Below are positions 1 to 11,767 of a stretch of DNA of 64,000 nucleotides, piece after piece (within the stretch, counting starts at the first letter, position 1; each line of letters begins with the position of its first letter). The notes under the pieces were generated by a model. That model worked only from the letters and a program-made list of their open reading frames with translations, did not search any database and was not told the origin of the DNA. Origin of the DNA: Hypanus sabinus (taxonomy: Eukaryota); the NCBI RefSeq assembly GCF_030144855.1, contig NC_082727.1, positions 36,394,001 to 36,458,000 of the forward strand. The letters are read 5' to 3'. Made by a program: the position numbers and the translations under genes.

Positions 1-109
1 GATGCAGAAAGGAGAAAAGAGAGCATATGACCACCAATTCAGGATCAATTGTCTTAAATTTCTGAAAGAAGGTGTTGTCGCCAATTAACTGGACACTTGT
101 TCCTCAGTC

Positions 110-386
110 GCCATGGTAGCATAGTGGTTAGCACAGCTGGGGCATCGGAGTTCAGAGTTTCATTCTGATGCCGTGTATAAGCAGTTTTTCCATTCCTCCT
201 CGTGAATACGTGAGTTTCCTCCGGATGCTCCGCTTTTCCTCCCTCATTTCAAAGTCAAACCTGTTAGCAGCCTGATTTGCCATTGTAAACTGTCCTGATA
301 TTACACTAGGGTTATATAGGTGTGTTGTTGGTTGATGAGTCTCATTGGGCCAGTAGCAGCTGTTCCATGCTGTATGTCTAAATAAA
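110..386 (+). mobile_element. tRNA-derived V-SINE (HE1-like); copies at 19017-19293, 27872-28146, 48478-48765, 63580-63853 (+) and ~32715-33000, 39110-39390, 56955-57205 (-)
   Basis: A-box TAGCATAGTGG, B-box-like sequence, V-domain gtttcctccggatgctccgcttttcctccc, AATAAA tail. Confidence 0.75.
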
Positions 387-534
387 ATGTAATTATACTT
401 CATTTACTTGTGCACAAGGAGAAGAGTGTGTCTCCTGTCACCACACTGTTCTGACGTCTGAACAGAGGAATGTCATTTTTAAACATAATTGACTAGCAGG
501 TACAGATGTTGATTATTCCTGGTGGTGAAATGTT

Positions 535-1045
535 TTAATTCTGATTCCCACTCTCATTCTGACATCTCAGTCCATGTTCTCCTCTTGAGGCCACCCTCAG
601 GATGGAGGAGCAACACCTTACATTCCGTCTGGGCAGCCTCCAACCTGATGGCATGAATATCAATTTCTCCTTTTGGGAGAAAAATATTCCCAGCAACTTC
701 CTTCTTCTTCTATTACACAGTCTGGCCTCTTACCTTTTCTCACCTTACTATCACTTCCCCCTGGGTCCCTTCCACCTCCCCTTTCTCCTCGGAACCACTC
801 TCCTCTCCTGTCCGGTTCCTTCTGCAACAGCCCTTTATCATTCCCACCTTCCTGGATTCACTGATCACCTTTTAACTGTTCCCCCTCCAACTCCACCAAC
901 ATTTTTTTAAATCTGGTGTCTTCCCCCTTCCATTCCAGTCCTGAAGAATGGTCTCGGCCTGAAACACTGTCTCTTTATTCTTTTCCATGGATGCTGTCTG
1001 ATCTGTTGAGTTCCTCCAGCCTCTTATGTGTGTTGATTTGTTGAA
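535..1045 (+). mobile_element. Penelope-like 3' end/terminal repeat (paralogs at 19440-19945 and 28295-28560)
   Basis: EEQHLTFRLGSLQPDGMNINFS, a pyrimidine-rich UTR and a hammerhead-like motif at 936-970. Confidence 0.7.
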
Positions 1046-2204
1046 GCTGTGTATGTTTGAACTTCTTACTTGCAAAATCAGTAACCACGCACAATACAGG
1101 TGCTTAACGTCAATAGAAAATACCATCTAACAATTGATAATATTTCAAATTTAGTAACATTATATTTCTTCGTTGGTGTGTGCTCATTAAACACTTCTGT
1201 TAAATTCTTACCTTATGTCTGCCAGCCAAAATGGCTCCATTTCTCAACAGCGAAAAAGGAAGCTACATTATCAGTTACCTTTCTTGCCGAAGCTGTCTGC
1301 GCCTATCTACAATCTATCTGTGCCTGGACATGCTGTCCATCCTTGCCTTGCCTCCACTTCCACAAAGGGGCAGGCTGTTGTCGGTTTACAAGCCACACAA
1401 GGACTGATCGGAAAGTGCTGAGAGCTCAGCCGTACTTTGATCATTTTCAATATAATGCACACCGTGCTCTGCCAGTCACCACTTAGAAATGTTATGTTTC
1501 ATATTTCATGTTTCTGTTTAGCTCCTTATGATGAAGAAGGCCATTCACCCCATTGAATTAACACTGACACCAAACTCTCCCATCAGACTTTATTCCCCTC
1601 TGACCCTTCTCTCTAACACGTTCATTCATCTCTCTTTGATTCATTCACCTTCCAAAAGTTATGCTGGAGACAATTTACAACAAACAAATAAATAATCAAT
1701 TGAAGGAAACTGGAGCACACGACCACACTGCTGCAATGCCAGCCCTTAACACTCCTTGCAGGTAGGTAGGAGCTATGGGGATGTGGTAGATTGACACAGA
1801 CCCAAGGGGACCAGGCTCAGTCAATGAGCTGAAGTGGTATACTTGTCTGAAGAGCCACAAACACCATGTCTATAGCACTAAAGTTGACAAGGGTTCTGTA
1901 TTTTGTCCATAAGAGTCTCCGGGGGCAGGGCCTCATATCATTGGACCAAACCAATGTTTTAAAGAGACATGGCCAGCAATTGAAAGCACTCAGTATAACT
2001 GTGAGTCTCTCTGCCCATAACACACCAGTCACTGCAGCTCTTCAGCAAACCTTCAGAAACTCGCATCAGAAAACGTCGGAAATTCTGTGGGACTGTGTAA
2101 TTTCCACATACTGGTGCCATCTCAGTCAGGGGAAATAAAAAGGAAGAAGTTCAAAGTGAGTAAAAATATGATGAAGATAATAATGGACAATTGCCTAAAA
2201 TTTG

Positions 2205-3515
2205 AGTAACACACAGAAAATGCTAGAAGAACTCAGCAGGGTAGACAACAGCTATGGAAAAAAGTACAGTCGACATTCCAGGCTGAGTCCTTTCGACAGC
2301 ACTGGATAAAAAAATGAGGAGAAGATTTAATATGTGGGGGAGGGACAAGAGAAACACAAGGTGAGAGGTGAAACTGGGAAGAGGAGGGGCAAAGTAATGT
2401 GCTGGGAAGTTGATTGGTGAACGTGATACAGGGCTGGAGATTTGGAAATCTGATATGTGGGGATAGGAGGCCATAGAAGAAAGTAAAGGGGTGAGGAGTA
2501 TCAGAGGGAACTGACAGGCAGGGAGGTATGATGAGAGAAGGAAAGGGGGAAGGGACTGGTGACGGAGAGGGTTGTAGGGGAGATCATTACCAGAAGTTCA
2601 AGAAATTGATGCTCATGCCATCAAGTTGGAGGTTACCCAGACAGAATATGTGTTCTGCCTCCAACCAGAGTGTGGCCTCATCACCACAGTAGCGGAGGCC
2701 ATTGATTGACATATTGGAATGGGAATGGGAAATGGCATTAAAATAGGGGGATGCTGGGAGATCCCACTTCTTCTGGTGGTTGGAGCGTAGGTGCTTGGTG
2801 AAAAGGTCTCTCGATTTACGTCGTGCCTCAGTGATATAAACGAGCCCACAGTGGGAGCACTGGACACTAGAATGACCCCAGCAGACTCACAGATGAAGTA
2901 TCGCCTCACCTGTAAGGACTCTGTGGGGCCCTGAATGGTAGAGAGGGAGGAGATGCAGGGGCAGGTGTGGCATTGTTCTGCTTGAAAGGATAGTGATATG
3001 AGGGAGATTAGTGGGGAGGGATGAATAGACAAGGAGTCAAGTAGGGTTTGTACACTGTGGAAAGCAGAAAGTAGGGATGAGGGAAAGATTTGACTGGTGG
3101 TGGGATCTCGATAGAGATGGTTGAAATTCCATTGAATTATGTGTTGAATGCAGAAGCTGGTTGGATAGTAGGTGAGGACAAGAGGAACTCTAACCCTGGT
3201 AGGGTGGCGGGAGGATGGGGTATGAGCAGATATGTGGGAAATCGAAGAGACGAGGTTGAGGGCGACGTTGATGGTGGAGGAAGTGAAGCCACTTTCTTTG
3301 ATAAAGGAGGACATCTCCTTCGTTACAGAATGAAAAGCCTCAGCCTGAGAGCAGATGCAGTGGAGATGGAGGAATTGAGTGAAGGGATGGTGTTTTGACA
3401 AGTTATAGGGTGGCAAGAGTGTTAGTCCAGGTAACTGTGAGAGTCTATAGATTTATCATAGATAAGTCGTCTCCAGAGATAGAGATGGTGAGATTGAGAA
3501 AGGGGAGGGAGGCAG
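2205..3515 (-). mobile_element. Penelope-like element 3' portion (GIY-YIG region plus terminal repeat)
   Basis: RVPLVLTYYP and FICESAGVI remnants followed by the common terminal repeat. Confidence 0.75.
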
Positions 3516-4761
3516 CAGAATTATAATAGACAATTGATTAACTGTCTCAAATTTGGATCCTCCTCTTCTGCAATAATGGCATCTGGTCCAGGGCTCTCCC
3601 ACTCTTGGAAACATCCCCTCCTGGTCCATGGTTTCTGGGCCTTTCAATACTCAATTGTTTTCAGTGGGATTCTCCCTGCATCCAAACTCCAGCACGTACA
3701 GGCCCAGATCCATTAGAAACTTCTCATATATTAACCCTTTCATTCCTGGTATAAATAAATCCCCTCTGAACACTCTCCAATGCCAGTGCATCTATTCCTA
3801 GACATGCGGTTCAAAGCTGCTCACAATATTCCGGATACATTCTGACCGTTGCCCTAGAAGGACTCAGCATCACATCATTGCTTTTATATTCAAACTAGGA
3901 TTCCCAAGTCCCTTTGCATCTCTAATTTCTGAAGTTGCTCCCCGTTTAGTGTGGGCAGGTCACTCAGCAAATTACAGCATTCAGGGCATGGATTTTGAAT
4001 GAACCCTAAGATGCCTGGCCTCAGAAAAACCTGGCGAGTGGTGCAACCATTTGGTGTGGGCAGAGGTCACCCTAACACCTTACAGCATTCAGGGCATGGA
4101 ATGTTTGCTAGTTTGATTATACTCTGCCACCCTTTCTAGAACAGGAGGCCGAAGTTGGGGTTCCTGGGGCCTAAGATCTCAATCAACTGCAAGCAGAAAT
4201 GAACCAGGGCAAGAGAGATTTGGCTGGTCTCCACCCGGAAGGTGGAATCCAAGGCAAACTGAAGGAGAAAACAGGGACCCACCTTGCAGCCTGGGCAAAA
4301 TGTCTGGCTGTCCACTCAGGCCTTGTCTCTCTGGGAGGAGCCTAGAAATTTGGGACCCAAGTAAATTGCACCTTTCAAAGTCCTCAAGAAAGTAAACCTG
4401 GTGCTGTACAGCTCCCCAAGACCATGAAGATCAATCACACTCTCCACATCTCTCAATTAAAATCTGACTACACCAGCCCCAGAGGAGTAGATTTAAAAGG
4501 TGGGGGGAGGAGAGAGAAGGCCACTGGGTGGGAGGTGAAACCTGGAAGGGGAGGGATGAAGTAAAGAGCTGGGAAGCTGATTGGTGAGATGAGGTAAGAG
4601 AAGGAAAAGTGGATGGGAAATGGAGAAGTGGCAGAAATGTTGGGGAGAATTACCAGAAAATTGAGAAATCGATGGAGGCCACCCAATCAGAATATAAGGT
4701 GTTATTTCTGCAATCTAAGTGTGTCTATATCATGACAACGGAGGAGGCCATGGGTGGACAT

Positions 4762-5440
4762 CAAGTCAAGTCAAGTCAAGTTTATTGTCATTTCAACCAC
4801 AGACTGCTGGTACAGTACACAATAAAAACAAAGTGATGTTCCTCCAGGACCATGGTGCTACATGAAACAACACAAAACTACACTAGACTATGTGAGACAG
4901 CACAAGGCGACACTAGACTACATAAAACAACATAAAAACTACAGTCCTGCACAGGACTACATAAAGTGCACAAAACAGTGCAGGGCAGTACAATAATTAA
5001 TAAACAAGACAATAGGCATAGTAAAGGACAAATTACAATATAATAATAAGTTATGTAGATGTCAGTCTAGACTCTTGATATTGAGGAGTCTGATGGCTTG
5101 GGGGAAGAAACTGTTGCACAGTCTGGTCGTGAGAGCCTGAACGCTTCGGTACCTTTTGCCAGATGGCAGGAGGGAGAAGAGTTTGTGTGAGGGGTGCATG
5201 GTGTCCTTCACACTGTTAGCTTTGTGTGTGCAGCATGAGGTGTAAATATCTGTCATGGCGGGAAGAGAGACCCTGATGATCTTCTCAGCTGACCTCACTA
5301 TCCGCTGCAGGCTCTTGCGATCAGAGATGGTGCAATTTCCGAACCAGGCACTGATGCAGCTGCTCAGGATGCTTTCAGTACATCCTCTGTAGAATGTGGA
5401 GAGGATGGTGGGGGGGGGGTGCGGTGGGAGATGGATTTCA
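4762..5440 (-). mobile_element. Rex1/Babar-type LINE 3' fragment (paralog at 22390-23095)
   Basis: LFSLLPSGKRYRS...NSFFPQAIRLLN C-terminus and an (acttg)n tail. Confidence 0.75.
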
Positions 5441-5920
5441 CAGAAAGTAGAGACATACGGGAATTGGAATGGGCAGTGGAATTAAAATGGCTGGTCACTG
5501 GAAGATCCCGCATGTTCTGGCAGACAGAGCGTAAGCGCTCGGCGAATCAGCGTCCCAATCTGTGTCGGGTCTCACTGATGTACAGGTGGCCACACTGGGA
5601 GCACCCAACACAGTAATCAAACTTAAAAGACTCACAGGTGAAATGTCGGCTCACCTGGAAGGACGGTTTAGGAGTGATGGGGTGTGTGGGGTTTCAGCTA
5701 CAACAATCTTGTTGATTCATTCTCGATTTCAGCTTAGAGACCTGCAAAGCTGTATCCAAGAAACCAGGGGCCCTTGCTGGTTCTGAGAACATCACTGCTA
5801 CTAATGTCTCTGTCTTCCTTCCACAGAACTCTGGGAAGGGGAAAAGCAGGGAAACACAAATAGTTAAAAGACAGTCTGCAATGACTGACAGGTATGCTAA
5901 GTAGGCAGAGAAAAGATCAG

Positions 5921-6219
5921 CCAATCAGGTTGGGTCTGGTGGGCAAAGTGTTTTATTACTTATGCTCTGCTAGCCTTCCTTGTTACTGGATCCAGGCAGC
6001 TCTGCATCAGCCTGCATTGTTGTTTCAGTGGCATCACTTCTTGGAAAATATTGCTTTCATTTTCTGGAATGAATTTCTATTCACCATCAGGAAATTGCTG
6101 TCAATCTGTTCGAGCAGGAAATCAGAACAGGACAAACTTCTCCATCGACTCAACATTAAAAGTCCATCTGAAGCTGTGAAAGAAATTCAAAACATGTTCC
6201 TTCAAAAGAACGTAATGAG
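5921..6219 (+). promoter_or_regulatory. Type I interferon-responsive promoter plus exon 1, copy A
   Basis: CCAAT at 5921, perfect GAS TTCTTGGAA at 6038-6046, ISRE GCTTTCATTTTCT at 6053-6065, second IRF-like site at 6072-6082, ATGAG|GTACAG at 6215-6219. Confidence 0.75.
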
Positions 6220-7014
6220 GTACAGAGCACTGTAAACTAAAATTTATTTTTTAATATGTTGTATTAATTTAAGTGTTTAAATTTATTTTTTAACCATTGC
6301 ACAGAAGCTTGATTATGGAAGTGTGCCGAATGTATTGCTGTAAATGTACCTGGTGCACAGTGTTGGTGTTGTGCGTTCATAGGCACATCATTAAAGGCAG
6401 ATCAGGCTGTGTGTGTCGAAAGTAAAGCAGAGTTATTATTTCAGGCCAATAAGCTTTCATTGCAGAAATTATCTCCCAATTGAACAGGTTACAGCCCAGT
6501 CACTTGTTTCAACAACTTCAAACAAATGATCATATCCACTACTTACTGCTGTTACTTAGACATTGAGTATCTGCAACACTCTCTGTACCATTTTGGATGC
6601 TCAGCAGAACCAAGACTGATGAGAGTCAAACATCAGACAATCTCAGCGTCACACAGACAAAAATAGGCCCTTGGCCCAACATTAAGTTGCTGCTTCATGA
6701 TTGGCCGATTGGATATTTGCATTAATGAGCAGGTGTACAGGTGTGTGCCTATCATTTTGGTTAGTCGGATCACTTGGCTGTACTCCTGCTTCCTGCACGC
6801 TGACAGAGCTTAAGGTGACTTGCATGTTCTCTGATAAAACATTTTACTGATGGACAGGCTGAGCATTTCCAGGTTTTCAAAGCCATATTAAAAAAAAATC
6901 TTTAAAAGGCAAATTTTGTACAGTCAGTAAATCTGCTGTTTATTGGATTGCAGGTCAGACCTGCATCAAGTGATCTGAGATGGAATTCATGATTATGTTT
7001 TTTCTCTCTTGCAG

Positions 7015-7800
7015 CAACACACCGGGAGATTTATTGAAAGAGAAGCTCGTTCCAGCTGCAGTGTCACTTCACATGGAGGCAACAGAAGGAAACGATTGAC
7101 TTGGAAGATGTGATTTACAGATTGCAAGATTCTAACCATATGAATTTGAAGTATAAAGAGCAGTTCTACAACCAACTCGCTTTTGTACATTGTCTACAAT
7201 GCAATTGTGAGGAAGCAATTCAAAATTTAAAGGAAACTGAAAAGATTCTGAGGGAGAACCACAAAGATGAATTTGAAAGAAGAAGATCAGCACCTATGGA
7301 AACTTTGCCTGGGTGCATTACCACATGGGACAACTGACCGAGGCCCAGTCCTATCTCGACAAGCTGGAGATGATCTGTAAACCGCTCAGTGATGGCCCTC
7401 GCTATACAGCAATGACACCCGAGGTATACGGGGAGAAGGGATGGACATTGTTGAGTTCTGCTGCTGAATACTACGAGAAGGCAAAAGAATGATTTGAGAG
7501 GGCTCCAGAGGAAGATTCTGATAATGTAGAATGGATTATGGGCTATATGACTGCTCATTATCATCTGGAAACTATTTCTGGTGTTTCAGAGAATCAGGAC
7601 CGAAGTCAGCCAGTGAAGTATCCATGACGGGTGCTGGAGTTTGACCCAGATGACACAGTGACCATAGTTATGTTGGCCCTAAAGCTGCAGAACTTCAATG
7701 AAGCAGAGAAAGAAAATGGATTAGATGAAGAAGCATTGAGGAAGACCCAGATCTGCCATATGTGCTTCACTATACTGTGAAGTTTTACCGAATAACATGA
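7015..7800 (+). pseudogene. IFIT exon-2 pseudogene A (frameshifted, 3'-truncated, chimeric)
   Basis: Acceptor at 7013-7014. A +1 insertion near 7051 leads to TGA near 7097, there is a 1-nt deletion near 7286 and nonsense codons near 7490 and 7625. Homology ends after the PYVLxY region. Confidence 0.9.
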
Positions 7801-9099
7801 GCTTTCAATATCGCATATTAAATATGACTGTGGAAAGTCTTTCCTCAATCATTTCTCACTATTAGAGTTGACTGGTATTTTGTGCAATACATCAATAGAA
7901 ACACATTTACTTCATGTCTCATTGGTGATCTTCTGAAGGCTTTGTGATGAATATTGTGACCATACAGTCTACAGTATTTGCTTCTCCTATCAGTTCTCTC
8001 GTTTCCACCTGAGTTGAAGTGACATTATTCAGGCACATCAGATGCTATGGCTAGATCAGTAGCACTAGCATGCAAACACAACTGTAAGTTTCCAGTCCAT
8101 GGGTCCAATTTAAGCTGCTGTTGATTGTAAGTCGAACAATTATGACCCAATTACGTGGAATGTTCTATATTCCAGTTTAAATTTGTGATTGATTACTATA
8201 AACTTCTCTTACACTTTTACATTATTTGCTCTCAATAATAACATTCTAACAAATTTTAGTATGTATGCAAAAATATTAAGGGTGAAGTCTCTGCAACTTG
8301 CAGTAGAGTCTACATGCCACATTTATATTGGTTTCCCTGCCATACTAATGAATTAAAGCTTCATGCAATTTACAGTGAAAAAGCACATGTAAGAACCAGT
8401 CTTCATTTCTTCATGTGAGTTGCAAATTGAAAGCAGTAAATTGACAATTAAAGCACCCTTTTTACCCTCTGTGGAGCATAGGCTGCCGGTAGACAAAGTG
8501 ACATGGTTTCCAAAATGGTGACTGTGAGACATTTGCCTATGCGTCAGCCAGAAGTTAAAACAATGGGGTTGTGTTAATCGGCCTGCAGCAATCCAGGCAG
8601 CTATGGGCTTAAACACATGAGAGCTCCACACATGCTGGAAATCCAGGTCAGCACACACAAAGTGCTGCAGGAATTTAACAGGTCAGGCAGCATCTATGGA
8701 AATGAATAAACAGTTGATTTTTCAAGCAGAGACATTTTATGATTACCCCCCCAACTTCACGACTCACTATGGGTTAAGTAATTTGCCCCATTGTAAATAG
8801 GCTCAAGTAAAGTTGCAATTAGCAAAGATATTTGCACATTCAGAATTTTTCCACTGCAGATATGTAATTCAAAGGAAGTATTGTCAACCCAAAATATTGA
8901 TGTAACTGACGTAATTGTATCTGTTGAAACTGTAATCAAACACCACTGTTACGTTTGAGCTTAAGGGTATAAAAATATTCTGTATTGGGTTTGTGAAACC
9001 CTACCGAGATTGACTCCAGAATGATTCCAGCTTGTTGTGCTGAACAAAGACTTTTATATCACCAGCTTCAGTGTTTCTATGGTCACTTTGATCACAGTC

Positions 9100-10435
9100 A
9101 CAATCGTGCCCTCTTGTCCGTGACTCCCCTACTATAGGAAACGTTCCCTCTACATCCGATCCATCCAGACCTTTCAGTATTCGATAGGTTTCAATGAGAT
9201 TCCCCTACCTCATCAACTAAACTGCAGAGGGTAGAGGCCCAGGGCCATCAAAAGCTCCACATACGTTAACCTTTTATTCCTTGAATTATTCTCATGAACC
9301 TCTTTTGGAGACTCTCCAATGCCGGAATATCTTTTCATAGATGAATGGCAGAATACTGCTCACAGTTCCCCAAGTGTGGTCTGACCAATGCTTTATGAAA
9401 GCATCAGCATTACGTACAGTACTTGCTTTAACATTTTAGTCCCCTTGAAATGAATATTAACATTGCATCTGCCTTCCTCACTACCATCTCAACCTGCAAG
9501 TTAACCTTTAGGGAATCCTACACAAGGGCTCCCAAGTCCCTTTACTACTCAGATTTTTGAATTTCTCCCCACTTAGAAAATAGTATACATGACCATAACT
9601 TCCCTACACTATATTCCATCTGCTACTTCTTCGTCCATTCTTCCAATCTGTCTAAGTTCTTCTACAAACTCCCTGCTTCCTTACAACAATCTGCCCCACT
9701 GCCTATCTCCAGACTGTCTGCAAACATGGCCACAAGGCCATCAATTCTGTCATCAAATCATTGACATATTCTGTGAAAAGAACACTACTATTCATTGGCA
9801 CCCAACCAGAAAAGGCCTGATTTATTCCCAATCTTTGCCTCTTTCCAGTCAGCCAATATTATGTATCTCCATGCTAGAATCTTTCCTGTAAGACCATGGT
9901 TTCTTATCTTTTTAAGCAGCCTCATGTGCAGTACCTTGTCAAAGGACTTCTGAAAAATCAAGTAAACAATATACACTGATTTTGTCTATCCTGCCTGTTT
10001 TTTCTTCAAAGAATTCCAACAGAAGTAAGTTGTGAAGTAAGTTTTCCCCTTAAGGAAACCATGCTGACTTTGACCTATTTCATCATGCGCCTTCAAGTAC
10101 ACCGAAACATCAGCATTAATAATGGACTCCAACATCTTCCCAACCACTGAGGTCAGGCTAACTGGCTTATAATTTCTGTGCTTTTGCCACCCTTCATTCT
10201 TAAAGAGTGCAATGATATTTTTAATTTTCCAGTCCTCCAGAACTAATCAAGAATCCAGTGATTCTTGAAAGATCAGAACTAAGGCCTACACTATTGCTTC
10301 ATCTAGTTCTCTAAGAGCCCTGGAGCGTAGTCCACCTTGTCCAGGTGACTATCTATCTCCAGACCTTCCAGCTTCTCAAGAACCTTCTCATTCGTAATAG
10401 CAAATAGACTCATTTCTGCCCCCTGAGACTCTCAA
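9100..10435 (-). mobile_element. Decayed CR1 LINE
   Basis: VYLIFQKSFDKVLH remnant; similar to other CR1 pieces at 3535-3950, 14780-15290, 35090-35480, 41450-42240 and 54460-54940. Confidence 0.75.
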
Positions 10436-10459
10436 CGTGGAATCTTCTTCATGACACAA

Positions 10460-10639
10460 ACAATTTCCAAGGAGAAAAGTTCTGGTTTCGTCAGCTTTGC
10501 TTTTGTTATCCACAATGAGACAAATATTTTGGTAGATTTTAGCTCCACCTAGAAACTAAATAAACAACTAGAACAACGCCTTGCAGAGTTACTCAGCTAA
10601 CCAGCCACCTGAGGTGCAGTTGGAATTCTGCACAGCATC
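10460..10639 (+). promoter_or_regulatory. Putative type III promoter/5'UTR for gene 1
   Basis: Unique sequence between a CR1 fragment and the exon-1 candidate. Contains weak GAS/IRF-like motifs (tttccaagga, ggtttcgtc, agctttgcttttg) and TAAATA near 10557. Confidence 0.3.
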
Positions 10640-10644
10640 ATGAG
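10640..10644 (+). CDS. Candidate coding exon 1 (ATGAG) of IFIT gene 1
   Basis: catcATGAG|GTGAGT: consensus donor with the same catcATGAG context as the exon 1s at 43940 and 59706. It is the nearest ATGAG|GT I found upstream of 16765, giving intron 10645-16764. Confidence 0.6.
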
Positions 10645-11767
10645 GTGAGTCACATCTTCACTTTACAGAATGTTTACCAATGCTAGGAGATTTGACAGCC
10701 ACATTCGCATGGATATCTGGATCAGGTAGATTTAATGTGACCTGTTTCTGGATATTGAGGCATCCAGAAAAGGTGCCAGTGGTCATTCAGCATAAGGATT
10801 TTGGATCTGATCCCAGGTTTGTGATCTGGGAACTTTAACCTGATGCTGGGATCAGAGACCACTGGAGTGGGATGATCCCACAGTATGTGAGCACTCAGTT
10901 TGATATCCCAGGATGTGATAATAATTTGAAACAAGGTCTGTGGTGCTAAGTCACTTAAGGATAGGGAGCTGATTGGGAGTGAGGAAACCAAAAATTACAC
11001 GAAGGAGCATATCCTCCCAATAGATGACATGATTTTTAAGTTCCGCAGTGGGGAACTGACTTTTCCCAGTCAGATGCATTCAGGGAAATGCAGGAACGGT
11101 GACTGAGAGACTAAAGTTTACAACTGTCACTGAGAGGTATAGTGAGCTGAGCAGATGGGGATTAAATGCTGAAAAGGATCATTGGCAAAAAGGTGAGTGA
11201 GAAAAACTGAGGAAACTGGAGTGTGCTTTCAAAAATATGGATACTGGTGAAAGAGCAGAGAAATCCAGGGAAATTATGACACACGGCCGACAAATAACTG
11301 ACGTGACAAACAGAAACATAGCCTTAACCTCAAGGGATGTTGGAATCTATATTTGCTGTGCTACTTCTGTTTAAATCTCTCAATAATTTACTATGGTTGA
11401 ATTCTCAGGTTTATTCTGGGCACGATATTTTAAACAACAGACTCTGAGCTTGGAGACTCTTTCGAATGAGGCTGGTCTTGAAAGCACTAATTCTGAAGAC
11501 AGGTTATGTAGAAAGGCTGATACTTACCTAGATGTTGGCGATTACAGTAAAAGATTTGATAAGGTCCACGGAGAAATCACTCTGCCTGACCTGTTGAGTT
11601 TCTCTAGCACTTTGTGTGTGTTATTCTGCAGAATGTCATGTGTCATGAAAGCACATTCTTTATCTGAACACTTCCTGTCAAAACATCTGGCACTCACGGG
11701 ACAGCAATTTAGTTGTTGGAGGTAATACACACAGAATGCTGGAGGATCTCTGCAGATGAAACAGTAA

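Larger units (their letters stand above)
1..7440 (+). repeat. Segmental duplication unit paralogous to 18907-25910 (partial copies at 27758-29370 and 63466-64000)
   Basis: Same order of V-SINE, PLE end, CR1, Gypsy fragment, Rex fragment, type I promoter and intron. Confidence 0.9.

Noticed and set aside
110-180. tRNA gene
   Set aside because: Only a SINE head with A/B boxes; no complete cloverleaf.
152-403. 83-aa ORF repeated four times
   Set aside because: Antisense reading of a duplicated V-SINE.
4589-4599. ATGAG|GTAAGA (also near 22219) as an IFIT exon 1
   Set aside because: It lies inside a Penelope-derived purine-rich repeat with no promoter motifs. It shows the 7-mer arises by chance, so exon-1 calls rely on context.
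6418-6428. Intronic GAAAGTAAAG IRF-like site in four copies
   Set aside because: Imperfect match, and its conservation is not distinguishable from the surrounding duplicated sequence.
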